Assembly: GCF_964194155.1 (NCBI RefSeq) | Contig: NC_135903.1 | Location: forward strand, 4,588,001-4,652,000 | Direction: 5' to 3' | DNA from: Cetorhinus maximus | Taxonomy: Eukaryota | Length of the DNA: 64,000 nucleotides | Shown: positions 49,371-62,221 of the stretch, one piece after another | How the letters are laid out: each line of letters begins with the position of its first letter | Position numbering within the stretch: the first letter of the stretch is position 1 | Translations under genes and position numbers: made by a program | Notes under the pieces: model-generated | What the model was told of the DNA's origin: nothing | Seen by the model: only the letters and a program-made list of their open reading frames with translations | Database searches by the model: none

Positions 49371-50734
49371 AAAGCAAATAAGCAGCAAGCTTGTGCAGAA
49401 TTAAATGAAGGCAGGGGGCCCAAGGAATGTAGCAACAAAAATTGAAACTGAAGTTCAATGTGGAACTGCTATCAGCATTATTATGCTTTGAAATGAAGCC
49501 ATTTAAAAATTAACATTCGAGTGGCTAATGCATTTTACAGAACTGCGTTGGCCACTATGTAGGTAGTTGTAGTAACTTATCAAGGGTAGATACAAATCAG
49601 AAGGCAGTGGTGATGGCTTCTATAACATTCAGGTGAGTCCTAGTACGGTGCTAAGGGATAGCTTGGGTGTGAGGTGCAAAGTTTGGTTGTAACATAAGGC
49701 TGTGAATGAATCTTTTTCCAAAGGTAATAGAAAACAATATCCTTTGAAAATCAAAAAGAGCAGTTTCCATATGGGTTGACCAATGTGCAACACCAGCTGG
49801 AGTTATAATCTACCTAATGATTTCTGGAAGGAACAATGTTGGTGAGGCCAATTCTGTTACTGCTTGATATCGAGCTTTGATGTTGATGGTTGGAAGAATC
49901 GATCGACCTTTTTTCCCATTTTCAGAAATATTGCAACCTTGGTTCCTAGCGGATGCATTCAGGGTGATGTTCGGTGTAGCGCAGTCGTGACATGAAGTAA
50001 CAAGCTCAACTAGGAAACAGAAATGGCCTGGAAATGCATTCTGAACTCCATTCAGATGTGTCATCTCTTAGCCAAAGTTTTATGGTCACATCTCCACCGA
50101 AGTGTCCCACAGACAACTGTTCACTTTGGCTATTTTCTGGTTCTGATCATGTTTCCTGCCAGAGATGCAAAGTCTGGAGGTAAATTACTTCCCTACACAG
50201 AGAAGAGCAAGAGGGGGGTAAATATCACCATTGAGATGCTCAGGCCAGCTTTCCCCTGCTGCCTTATGGATATTTCTGGAGCTTCACTTTGAGAAGCTGG
50301 AACCAAGTTGCAGGAATGAAAGCGCCTAAACTGGAAGGAGAGAAATAATTATCAGACAATGAGTGAGGGAGATGCAGAGTTTTAGAGAATAAGGGGAATG
50401 GCCCCATGCCTGCTAGTGACAATAGCACTGGCTCTGCCAAGCGCTGTAATCATAAATCAGCAGCCACCACTATTTACATAATTATATTGAACCATTTAAC
50501 ATGTGCTAGAGATAAGACCTCACTGTGTTTACATGTATGTGCCTTAATCCTAACCTCCGAAGAGGATGCTTTTTGGCATTTTCATTCTCTGCACCAATCA
50601 TGCGTCTGGCCTTTGAGTAGCTTGCTCTTCGAGTACCAAATTATGAACACCTGTGTGCTGTTGATTATTGCTTGCTGAAAGCATTATTGAGTTTAGCCAA
50701 GCTCACTTTGGAACTTTAAACTTTGAGATTTAAT

Positions 50735-51112
50735 TGCATTTCTAGAACACCTTTCATGACCTCAGGACATCCCAAATTACTTCACAGCCAATCAAGCCCT
50801 TTTGAAGTGTAGTCAATGTTGTGATGTAAGAAACATGGCAAATTTTTTGAGCCTAAATATTGACCAAAACAGTGGGGAGAACTCCCCGTTCTTTGAATAT
50901 TGCCATGGGATCTTGTCCATCCACCTGAAAGGGCAGATAGGGCCTTGATTCAATATCTCATTTGAAAGACAGCACCTCTGGCAGTGCAGCACACCCCCAG
51001 AACTGCACTAGGAATGTCAGCCTAGATTTTGTGTTCACGTCTGTGGAGTGGGACTTGAACTCATGACCTTCTGGCTCAGAGACAAGAGTGCTACCAATGA
51101 GCCACAGATGGC
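50735..51112 (-). mobile_element. Deu-domain SINE (family A) with intact tRNA head
   Basis: Minus-strand A-box tggctcattgg and B-box gagttcaagtcc; Deu body gatcccatggc...tttcaaatgagatattgaa. Confidence 0.82.
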
Positions 51113-51559
51113 ATCAAAGATAGAAGTTGTACCACCTCAACTCCCCAGCCCCCCATCTCTGCAATCCAGTTCCATGCCAACTGCCCCAAGTTGTGTCAGA
51201 AATCATACGGTTTGTCTTGTTACTATTTGTCCTACAGGCTCCTGTTACAGGACGCATGTTTAAAGACTGTTAGAATCTAGCTGAGGTTCTGTTTGAAATT
51301 TGTATAGATGATTCCTGTCACACACAGAGGCAAAGCTAATGTTTACCATCTTAATAGTTCTGCTCACGGGGAGTCAGTGTGTTTATGGTATCAGATTGGA
51401 ACAGCTGTTCATCCTTCAGTACCACCATTTCAAAGCTAAATTTAATTTCTGTGCCACTCTGTTCCGTGTACTTTCACTAACTAATGTAAATCTGATTTCC
51501 CATTACATTCGATTTTTTCCTAGAGTCAACCAATTGTGTGTTCAGCAAGACGGTGTTTG

Positions 51560-51970
51560 TAGGGTTGCCAATAAACAAGGATTACCTTGAATTCTGCAGG
51601 AATTAAAGATTAACCTCCCAGACACTGCAGCAAGTGACCCAGGAGAATAGAACCATGGGGTAATTTAAAAAATTACTTTTAAATTGCTTTTAAAGATTTC
51701 CTTTGAATGTTTTAGTTTCAGTTATAAAAATATGAATGATGGGCAAAAGATGTTTGACTGGCAGTCAAGACATCCAAATGGATAATAAAGACACTGTTTG
51801 CTTTACAATTGGTGTGGAAAGGTTAAATGTCACATGTATGGGTGGGTTGGGTGAGAAATGGCAGGAATTTGTGGGGGCAGATGAAAGCAGGAGTTTATGG
51901 GGGCAGATGAAAGCAGGAGTTCATGTGATGATACCTCAAGGAAATATCCAAGCAGAGTTGGCAACCTTTA
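51560..51970. mobile_element. MITE with TAGGGTTGCCAA termini (hAT-like)
   Basis: tagggttgccaa ... ttggcaaccttta; internal 26-bp tandem duplication at about 51870-51921; TSD not clear. Confidence 0.6.
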
Positions 51971-52163
51971 GTCTTTGATGTGAGCCTTTCAGATAATTTT
52001 ACTGTCAATTAATGCCAAACAGTTCTTTTTAAACTTGCTTCAAAATAAATGGATGAACTGAAATCTATAAGCAAAAAGAAACTTGAAAAAGATTAAAACA
52101 GAAAGGCAGTTGCTCTCTCCATATTGCATCTGCCCTGGCAATCTTCATCAGCTATGTTCTGAG

Positions 52164-52250
52164 AGTATTAGTATTATTAGTATTAGTATTATTTTATTAT
52201 TAGTATTTAATTTTATTTTATTATTAGTATTAGTATTATTTTATTATTAG
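52164..52250. repeat. AT-rich (TAT/TAG)n microsatellite
   Basis: Seen directly. Confidence 0.9.
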
Positions 52251-52414
52251 TTTTTGGAGGTATCCAGTATGTCCACAGAAAAAATACCCCATTAGCCTAA
52301 AGTTGATGTGAACGTACAGCCCTTTTCCCCCACTTATATATAACTAGGGTAGGCATGTGATCTTTCTATTTCCTATCATCAGCTCTTGAGTTAGTAGCAC
52401 ATTCATTATGGAAA

Positions 52415-54985
52415 CTGAAGGTATAGGAGCAGGAGTAGACCACTTGGACATTCGAATCTGCTCTGCCATTCAACAAGGTCATGGTTGATCTTCTACATCA
52501 ACTCCACCTTCCTGCACGATACCCATATCCCTCAGAATCCAAAAATGTATTGATTTCTGTCCTGAATAGACTCTGACTAAGCACCCCCAGCTCCCTGGGG
52601 TTGAGAATTCCAAAGATTCATAATCCTTTGAGTAAAGATATTTTTTCTCCTCTCAGTCCTAAATGGCTGACCCCATATTCTGAGACTGTGACCTCTATTT
52701 CATGACTCACTAGCCAGGGGAAACACCCTCCTAGCATCTACCCTGTCAAGCCCCTTAAGAATGTTACATGTTTCAATGAGATCACTTCACATCCTTCTAA
52801 ATTTTCGGGAATGTAGGCCTGGTCTACTCAACCTCTCTTCATAGGACAATCCCCCATCCCAGGAATCAGTCCAGTGAATATTTGCTGTACTCCCTCGAAG
52901 GCAAATATATCCTTGAGGTACCCCTCTAATGTGCCAATTTGAAAATGACCAGTATATTCCTACTCCCTATTTTCTGTAAGTTAAACTCAATGCTCCTGCC
53001 TGTTATCACATCCCAAATAATAGATTCTGCCATTTCCCCTACTGCTAAGGTCAGATAGTCTGACACATCTCCTGTTTTCTCTCTCTTTCATTCTTTGAAT
53101 AGCATGGTTATGTTTGCTACTTTCTAATTCCTGGGGACCATTCTAGAATCTATGGAATTCTGAAAGATCAAAACCTATGTATCCACCATCTCTGTAGCCA
53201 CCTCTTTTAAAGCCCGTGGATATAGGCCATCAGGTCCAGGAGATATGTCATATGTCAACTTTTAGTCCAATTAATTTCTCCAGTACTATTTCTTAATTAA
53301 TATTAATTTCTTTTTCTCACTGGGTCTTAGATTCCCCACTATCTGTAGAATTTTTTGTGTCTACTACCGTGAAGGCAGATACAAAATATTTGTATAATGT
53401 CTCTATCATTTGCTTATTCCTCATTATAATTTCTCCTGTCACTGCCTATAGGAAATCCATGTTTACTTCTGCTAATCTCCTTTCTACATAGCTATAGAAG
53501 TTTTTACAATCTGTTTTGATATCCCTTTTGCTGGTCTATTCTCATATTCTCTTTTCTCTTTCTTTATCAATTTCTTGGTTAACCTATGCTGAATTCTAAA
53601 ATTCTCCCAATCCTCAGGCTTATTACTCTTGTTGTCGATTACTCCCCCTTTAATCTAATACTGTCTTTAATTTCTCGTCAGCTACAGTTGAACCACTTTT
53701 TTCTATGGGGTTGTTATCCCTAAAGAGAATGTTGCACATTCTGGATCAATTATTTAAATATTTGCCATTACTCATCTACAATGCTTAATCTAGCTTCCCA
53801 ATTTACGTCAGCCAACTAACCCCTCATACCTATTTAATATGCTTTGTTCCAATTAAGACCAGAGTTTTATGCTTAACTAAATCACTCTCAGACTTTATAA
53901 AATACTACCATATCATGATCACTCTTCCTTAGAGGCTCCTTTACTACAAGTTATTAATTACCCTTCCTCATTGTTGTAGGGTGGCCGAGTTGTACTATTA
54001 ATGATAAAGTTGATGAGCAGACACTTCTTGGATGGAAACATTAGGTTTATTTACAATATGCTCAACAGCAACTACAAGCAGGCTTTCAACTCCAACTCTA
54101 TTGCTACTCTCTGCTGAGGTAGCCCGCGCTACTCTCCTATTGGTTACTACAGATCATGTGATCTTCCCCAACAAGTACTATTCTTAAAGGTACATTACAG
54201 ACTAAATAAAACCAAAATTACTACACTCATTGTACATTACTAGACATAAAATCATCTCTTCCCCAATGGGTTCCCCGAAGTACTGATCTGTTTTGTGCAC
54301 ATCCCAAGAACTTGTCCTCTACACTATTACTGTAAATTTGGTTTGTCCAGTCTATATGAAGATTAAAGTCCCCCATGATTACTATATTACCCTTTTTGTA
54401 TGCACCTCTAATTTCCTGATTTATACTCTGCTTAATGCTACAATTATTATTAGGGGGCCTATAAACTACTCTTAAAAGGAATCTGTGCCCCATGTTGTTT
54501 CTTAGCTCCATCCAAACCAATTCTACAACTTGACTTTCTGAGCCAAATTCCTTTATTTCTACTCTATTTATCCCACCTTTTATTATAAGGGTTACCCCAA
54601 CTCATTTTCCATTTTGCCTATCTCTCCTAAAGGCCAACCCTGGGCTATTTAGTTCCCAAATTCAGTTAACCTGCAACCATCTCTCCATAATGGCATTTAG
54701 ATCAACTCATTAATTTGATCTGTGCTATTAATTTACCCATTAACCCATTATGTTGTGAATGCTTTACATATTTAACTACAAAGCCTTTAACTTTAGTCTA
54801 TTTTTCCCTGATGCCACCTTGGCCTCTAATGCCCTATTACCTTCAAACTTTCTGTCCCTTCCTGACTCACTCAGCTTTTTTTTCCACCTAAATAGCTACT
54901 TTGGTGCAGTCTTAGCATTTCTCTTACTGCTTTTGTACCTACCCTTTTCTGAATCAACCCAAACCCTCTCTACCAGTCTAGTTAT
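52415..54985 (-). mobile_element. Degenerate CR1 with deletions, from 3' tail to APE domain
   Basis: ORF 54227-54520: VWMELRN...VVYRPPN...IVIMGDFNLHIDW; CR1 tail at 52420-52540. Confidence 0.85.
53972..54225 (-). mobile_element. Solo LTR (254 bp)
   Basis: TG...CA termini (tgttgta / tactaca), exact 5-bp TSD ctcat at 53967-53971 and 54226-54230, CCAAT and AATAAA on the minus strand. Confidence 0.88.
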
Positions 54986-57328
54986 TTGACTCACCAGGAC
55001 ACTAGTATAACACTAATGAAATGAATGAGCCAAAATCAAAGAAAATATACAGTGAGTATGAACTGAAATGCATCTGGTGTTATGGCATGGTGAATGGTAA
55101 ATGCTGAGCTGCTCAAATCCCAGAGGGAAATTTGAAATAGCTGCCAAAACAGTTTTTGCAATTTGTGTAGTATGAGGAGTGGTTCTGAAATCAGGAAATG
55201 ATGCCCCTGACTACTTGTGATGATTTTATAGTAAAGTAAACATTTATTAAAAGAATAAAGAAAAACAAATAAAACACATGAATGGCTTCACACAGTAAAC
55301 AGTACTTTAAAACAGTCCCACAAATCTTAAATACCCCCAGAGCTAACCTTCCCCTTTTCTGTTCAGCAACTATCCTTATAGATTTTAGAAGCTGTAGAAG
55401 TCCTGTAATTTTTAACTACATGGTGCTTTTACCTTGGGGTGTCCTCGGAGACTGACAGCAACTGGTTCTTTCAGCCTGGCCTTGTTCACACTGCCTTCTG
55501 GGAGCTCTGACCAACTACCTTGCTTTCTTCTAGAAGATCCATGCAGCTACCCCCTCACATAGGCTTCAGTATTTCCTTAAATGCATTCCTTCCCTTTGAT
55601 CTCTCCATTATCTCAACCAGTCTCTTCAGAAATGGTTTCTTCCCAGAATTGAAGAAATTGTTCTTTACTTTAGCTCTTAAACTTGTAAAAATAAACTTAC
55701 CCTATCTTGACCTTATTTCCTTACAACTTTTTATAACTTGCATATACCCCTTTAAACTAAAACAACAATTCGAATTGCTTTATGTAAAACTCTGATTGAA
55801 ATTTCTCTTGGTTCATTAACATATCAAAACCACTTCTTACTGTTGGCTTTAGACTCCTGCACTCACTCTAGCTCTTAATCCAATTACCGTATCTACAACC
55901 CCAACAGCCTGTCTTCCAGTACATGAGAAAATGTGCCAGGGTTATTACCAGAAGAAAATGTTTTACAATTTCTTGTTTTCTTGACACTGGGCAGGGCTTT
56001 TCACAAAATTGAAACTATTGGCTGGATAGAGGCCAAATAAGTTGTGTAGGGCCAATGTTTGTGGAAGTGTAACTGGCCTGTTCCAATTTATATTAAATCT
56101 ATCCTAATTGAATCGATCTTAACCCGAGATACAACCTCCTTACACTGGCAGTTTTCTTGTGTGTAAGCAGATCTTAGTTCCCCTAATGTTGCAAGACCAT
56201 TTCTTTTGGGTCAAGAGTCCTTTTATAACAACTGGCTTCAGTTAGTTATTCAGCACAATTTATTATGTAATACCCACTGCAATGGGAGGTGTGCTTTCTC
56301 GTATAATGCACTGGACAAGATTATGGACTAGAAAATAATTTGAGCAAAGCACCTGTATGAAAATGTGAAGTGGGCAAGTATGAAATAGTTATTTTGTGGA
56401 AATTTGTGGCAAACGTTTTTGTGGGTAGGGCAAAGCGTTCAAGGACTGTCTGAAGGAGGCAGTCAGCAACAGCATCATCTGTCAGTAAAGGCACCAGCCC
56501 ATGATTGATGGGACAGAAGAAAGGAGGTGGAGGGAGTTACTACTGTCTGGTGTGACCATGGTTAGCTTATTTCCTTGTAGTAATTGGATGAGTGTTTTGC
56601 TTTTTACAGAGTGACAAATGGGCTGCTTGTGTGAAACAACTTGTGTCGGCTACCAGCTAATGGAGATGGCAGTTCTGTGAGCAAATGATTTGACTGTAAT
56701 GCACCCATCTTCTGTACATTTGCTGGGGCTTGCATCAATTCAGTAATGGATCAATTTATAAAAAGTGCAGTTTTGACTGATACCTCAAGGACACTATTCA
56801 AGGCAGGAAGATCTCTTAAGTGGTGCATTTTAGTGCTATAAGCCAGAGAGCAGTGCTAAAGTCTTTCCTCTGCACATCATTGTCAGGACATTCATACTCA
56901 GAAATAATGGTTCCTGGGACAATAGAAACGTGACAAGGAAGATGCCAACCCACCAAAAATTTACAACACAGGGAGTAAGGTTAGATTCCTTTTTCAAAAA
57001 AAAATTTTTTGATGGATTAATCTTTTGGGATGTGAGCACGGGAAGAGATAATTGGAAAAGGTTTGTACAAAGGTTTATTTTTTCAGGAAGTTAAATGCAG
57101 AGAATAGAGTACAAGATAGATCATGGAGAATCCCTTTATGAGGGGTGGGCTAAAAGCATAAATGGCCATTTAGACTGACAAACCTGTCCACTTTTTACAG
57201 AACTCAAATCCCACCTATTTACCTTCTCAACATATCCCAATTCCTTCTCACTTCAGAAATATGGATATTGCCTCTTGTATACTCTTTGCTTCAATGGCAT
57301 TTCTAGAAAACTTAGTTTGTAGGTCTTT

Positions 57329-58555
57329 GGCCAGAACTTTCACTCAGACAGAGAGACTCTCCTTTGCAAAAATGGTGGCAGAGACACGAATCCGGAAGTC
57401 CTGTCCTAGAACCAGGCCCCCGCCATTTTTTGCAGATCTGATTTTGGCTATTGGGATGTCTAAAACATGACTTCTGCGCTTTAGACCAGGTAGGAGAAAG
57501 TTGAAAGCTGCCAGAGTTCTTTGGAGAGATAGAGTACCCTTTTGGAGGTGTAGGGTACCCTTATGGATACGCTTCCAGGACACCTCTGGGAGAGGTCAGG
57601 TGTTTGGGATTGTTAAAATTAGACATGAATCTGTGTAAAAAGTGCATAAACTCACTAGAACTGTCAAGCTCATTGGAACTGTCAAGAGAATTGTTAAGGA
57701 ATTTAAATGTCCTACTCTTTAAATATTGGAAAAATCTGTCTGCAGTGTTTAAAAAACAAATCAGTGCTTGCTATTTCACTAATTCCGCAGGCTTATATCA
57801 GCAGATAATCATTACAGGGTTAGTGCTGCATGATTGATTTCACAACCTATCTTAGTGGGGTCCGTGTCGGTTTGATTGACAGCTCCAAGTGGTTATAAAC
57901 TCTTTGAAGTGGGACTATGAATACACATGCTTGTTTCATAAGGGATTAAAGGAGATTAAATGTAGCGATTTAAAAAAAAAATTAGCAAGAGTTTTTCTTT
58001 GAAATAGTGAATTTATCACAGCTAGGAACTTTATTTAATGTCAGCCTGGGTCCTGAGTTCTGTCCATGGTGGATGTGAGGTGAGTGGCATGGTAGGTGTA
58101 AGGGAAAAGGGTGGCGTGTGGGAGGCATGAGTTAGCACTAAGTTGTAATGGGGCGATAAAGGGCCGTTGTGGATGGTTTGAAGGACGTAGGTTGAGGTGG
58201 AGGATATGAGGGGGTGGGTCGAGAGCCATGATGTGGCATGGGTTAGAATGATTGGGGCATTGAGAGTTTGTGGGGGGTGTGAGGGGTGAGGGCTTTTTTT
58301 AAAATTCATTTTATCATATCTTCAACAAAGCGCTGGAGCACTGGAGCCAGCCTTCGCCCAGCCTGCCTCTGCACCAGACAGACCCCAAACTCTTTCCAGG
58401 GTTGCCTGCTGAGACTTCCATTGTCATCCACTGCCCCCCACCACCACCCCTGGCCTGAAAATCAGAACATCTGGGGCAATTTTTCCCAGGTCGGGTTTGC
58501 TAATTTGGGATTGTCCTGACTCTGCGTTCCTGACCTGGAAACAAAAGTTCAGGTC
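57329..58555. mobile_element. Long non-autonomous Harbinger-type element (family H3), complete
   Basis: TIRs ggccagaactttc / aaaagttcaggtc (10/13 match); TSD ttt/ttt. Confidence 0.75.
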
Positions 58556-58619
58556 TTTGTATTTTAAAAAAAATGTTCCGCTCTTCTTATTCCTAACTTT
58601 TAAACTTGCGTCCTTGGAT

Positions 58620-58780
58620 CAACTGAAATACCCAAGAGTGAGATCAATAATTTTCTGTTAGCCAAGGAGATCCTGGGGCATGGAGCAAAAATTGTGTAAA
58701 TGGAGTTAAGGCACAGATCAACCATGATCTAATTGAATGGTAGAACTGGCTGGAGGAGCTGAATGTTCCATTCCTTAATT
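58620..58780 (+). mobile_element. CR1 3' end fragment
   Basis: aatggagttaaggcacagatcaaccatgatctaattgaatgg...gctgaatg. Confidence 0.7.
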
Positions 58781-59130
58781 CCCCTGGCTATTCCACCTCC
58801 TTGCAATAGGAAATGATTTGCCTGAGTCAATCCTTGATGAACCAGTTAGCACCTTCTGATCCTGTGTTTTCCTTTATTCTTACGAGCAATCAGTCTGCGT
58901 TTAAATTAATTTGGAGATGTTTGCTTTTTAAATATTTTAAACTGCAGTTCCAGGCTGTGACAAATGAAGAATTTAAAATAAATGCGTGGAGTTTTCTAAC
59001 TCCTCTCTGGGTCTCTCAGAAACATCTTAAAGCGTGTCACATGCAATAATGAACTGTTGTGCAGTGTGACAGGCAACCATTTTACACACAGTGATGTCCC
59101 ATAAAAACAGAGGCAAACTGCACCAACACT

Positions 59131-59332
59131 AAAGCAAAATACTGCGGATGCTGGAAATCTGAAATGAAAACCAAAAATGTTGAAAATATTCAGCAGGCCT
59201 GGCAGCATTGGTGAATGAAATTTACCAGAGACTAATAGCTTCAAATATGTCATTAATGTTTATTAACTCGGTTTCTCTCTCCAAAGCTGCTGCTGGACTG
59301 GCTGAGTAATTCCAGCATTTTCTGTTTTTATT
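59131..59332. mobile_element. Inverted pair of PLE terminal sequences
   Basis: aaaatgttgaaaatattcagcaggcctggcagc is complementary to gctgctggactggctgagtaattccagcatttt; both match the PLE end at 1345-1392. Confidence 0.7.
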
Positions 59333-59432
59333 CGGGAAAAACTCCCTGTCCCTCTTCCGGGGCTGAAGACCCACATGGTTCATCCTTCATCACTTTTTCC
59401 TTCTGATAAGGGATCAGCCTTGATGCTGTCCC

Positions 59433-59564
59433 NNNNNNNNNNNNNNNNNNNNNNNNNNNNNNNNNNNNNNNNNNNNNNNNNNNNNNNNNNNNNNNNNNNN
59501 NNNNNNNNNNNNNNNNNNNNNNNNNNNNNNNNNNNNNNNNNNNNNNNNNNNNNNNNNNNNNNNN
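59433..59564. other. Assembly gap (N run)
   Basis: 132 N. Confidence 1.
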
Positions 59565-59941
59565 CACTCCCCTCCCCCTCCACTCCCCCCTTGTCACTGT
59601 GATCAGAATTATGTGTGCTGCTCAGGAGTTACGTGTGACTGTTGGGGTTATGGTGGAATCACATGATATTACTAGATTATGGTGGATACAGGTTCCCCAC
59701 AATAAGTGAAGGAACAAACTACTCAGATCACTCAAAGTAGCAAGACTGTGATGCGCAGCATGAAGGCCCATGGCATTTGGTATGGCGTGGACGATTGATG
59801 GGTCAAATGGTTGAAGTCTGAAAGTGAACACCTTAAGAGGAACCTGTACAATGGGAGGGAAAGACCATCTGGTCCATCAAGTTTGGCCCACACTCTTGAT
59901 GCTTGGGAAACCATGACTAGACCCAGCCTACTTCCTTTCCA

Positions 59942-60255
59942 GGGAGGTCTCGTGGCGCAGTGGGTAGCGTCCCTGTCTCTGAGCCAGAAGCTTCAGGTTC
60001 AAGTCTCACCCCAGGCCTTCATGGCCAAGGGAGGTGCATTCGCAACACAACCAACCACAAGTATCAACCTGCAAATCCTCCCAATACTCAACAAGAGCAG
60101 GAGAGATTCCTGGTCAGCCATGTGATGGAAAGAACACTGATGCCTCTACCATCACTATCCAAAGCTCCAGGCCACAACATGCATGTAAACATGCGGGTTG
60201 TCACAGCAACCCTGTCTTCCTGAGGGAATTGTAACACATCACCGTCAGCACCACT
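59942..60255 (+). mobile_element. tRNA-SINE family C
   Basis: A-box tggcgcagtgg (59953-59963), B-box ggttcaagtc (59996-60005); colinear with 35872. Confidence 0.85.
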
Positions 60256-60910
60256 TCCCTTCCCCCACCTTCCCTCCACAGCTATTATAATATACTGGGA
60301 TGGGGAGAAAACAAAGCCAAACCTTGGTTGGTTGGTTGGCAGGGGGCATGGGGGTGGGGGGAGGGTTGGCGAGGAAACCAGTCCAGTAGGGCTTATTGTG
60401 GTTAGTTTGAAACCTTCAATTCCTCACAGTTTGATCACTTAGTGTTGATTTGCGCATTAAAAATAAAAGCAGCGGCAATGAAATTCACTGGAGACTAATA
60501 GTTTTATATGTCATTGTCTAAATTGCCACCCACAGCATTAACAATGTTTTTCAGCAGCTTCTTGAAATACACACAGTGGAACAATTTTGCGCAAATTTAT
60601 GTTTGCCACTAACAGCACTATCAGGAGTTATTTAACTACAGTGAAACTTCTGAAAAGTTTGTACTGTTTCATATTATTCTAATGTGATAAACATACAGAC
60701 TGTGCTGCATTTTTATGAGTATAAGATAAATTAAGAATCCTCCAGTTGCCTGCAATTTGTAGTCATGCCCACTGCCTTATGCTTTGGATGTTATTGCACA
60801 GTTCCAATTACTACTTTAACCCCAGGGTCCACAGTTTGCCTTCAGCTCACAAGACAACAGTGTAGATCCTTGGGTTGATGCATCCTTTTAAAATAAAATA
60901 TGAAACAAAA

Positions 60911-61476
60911 TGGAAAATTTTGCCTGATTGTCATCACAGTCCCAGGGCGCCACTGCAAGTGTTCCTTAGTGACGTCTTAGCAACCCAACCATTGTCAGCT
61001 GCTTCATCAATATCCTGTCTCTGGGAGCCTTGTCCAATTAAGGACAGTGGGCAAGCCCCTGAGGCTGGAGGTACTTCGGCACAGAGATCTGCAGCCCCAC
61101 CATTAGAAACGGGAGCTGCTGATGTAGGTAGGTGAAAGAGAGGGCACCTTGAGATGAAGCCCCTCCACAGGGCGGCCCTGTGCCTGCAGCCATGTCCGTA
61201 ACATCATTGAGACTGTGCGGGGGTTAACTTTAATGACTGAGAGCTGGCCCCCAGTCTGCTACCTCTATCTCTCTCAATTAAGTGTCCCCTTTAGCAGAGG
61301 GCCTGCATACCAACTGGAAAATTCCAGTTGGCTTGTGGATGGGTCACTGCTCCCCCCAACCCAGCATGTGTACAAATGGCCCGGAGGTGGAAACATGCTG
61401 GCGAACCGACATGCTGACTGGTGGTTGAAGATTGCGGGTCTGTGCCCCCTCCTCGTGGCCTTTAGAAAATTCGGCC
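60911..61476. mobile_element. Degenerate Harbinger-type MITE
   Basis: Right end aaaattcggcc; GC-rich interior with tccaattaaggac; left end weak. Confidence 0.5.
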
Positions 61477-62221
61477 TTACGAACTCAACTATGTCACATG
61501 GCCTCCCTGTGATTAAAACATTTTGCAGGAGTAGTAAACAAAAGATTGTGTTGCCAATGTTTGGTTCCTGGTGACATAGGGACCAATTATTCTTCAGCCA
61601 AATAATCTAATGTTCCATTCTATGCAAATAATGAATATCAAGTAGTATATACCTAGACTGCAGCCAACTGGTTTAAAAGGTTATTGCTTGACTCATGATT
61701 AAAGTAATGAATTGACTTTTCTCTGCTCTATTAAGAATCTGATTAACTGTATCCAACCAGACTGATTGTGTAATTGCTTCTGTTCAGCCCACTGATTATG
61801 TTATTTATAGACTTGTAGAGACCACCTATAGCAATTTGGACCAAACGAGATATTTTAAGATTAAAAACAATTGTATTGTCATTGAATGTTGGGTGAGAAC
61901 AGGATCAGGCTTATGTGGGACACTCTGCATGGATTGAACAGCACACTTACTGACACAGCCTCGCACATGAAATATAGCCACATGGTAGAAAGGGGGTATC
62001 GGTGGATGAGGAACCTCACATCATTGTCTTCAAGGTGAGATAATGTGTGTGGAGGGAGTCTGGTGTAACTACCAAAACAGTATTAAACCAACATGAGCAA
62101 GGGAAAATTGGGTCTTATTTCACTCTCACCAAGAATGTATATAGCAGGCTGTTCAGTTGTGGTTAATTGCAAGTTGTAAATATGTTGAAAGAAAAAATAA
62201 ATGGGAAACCGTATCCTTCTC

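Noticed and set aside
49810-50292. Short ORFs in unique sequence (also 25976-26173 and 29523-29777)
   Set aside because: No recognisable domain or exon structure; lengths are compatible with chance.
55078-55967. Possible second LTR (starts tgttatgg, minus-strand AATAAA)
   Set aside because: No matching TSD or clear right terminus.
56596-56680. Good splice acceptor ttttgctttttacag followed by a possible exon
   Set aside because: The frames examined close quickly, there is no recognisable protein and no convincing donor.
57321-58558. 8-bp direct repeat aggtcttt suggesting a hAT-type TSD
   Set aside because: The right copy overlaps the TIR; the termini pair only under a 3-bp ttt TSD.
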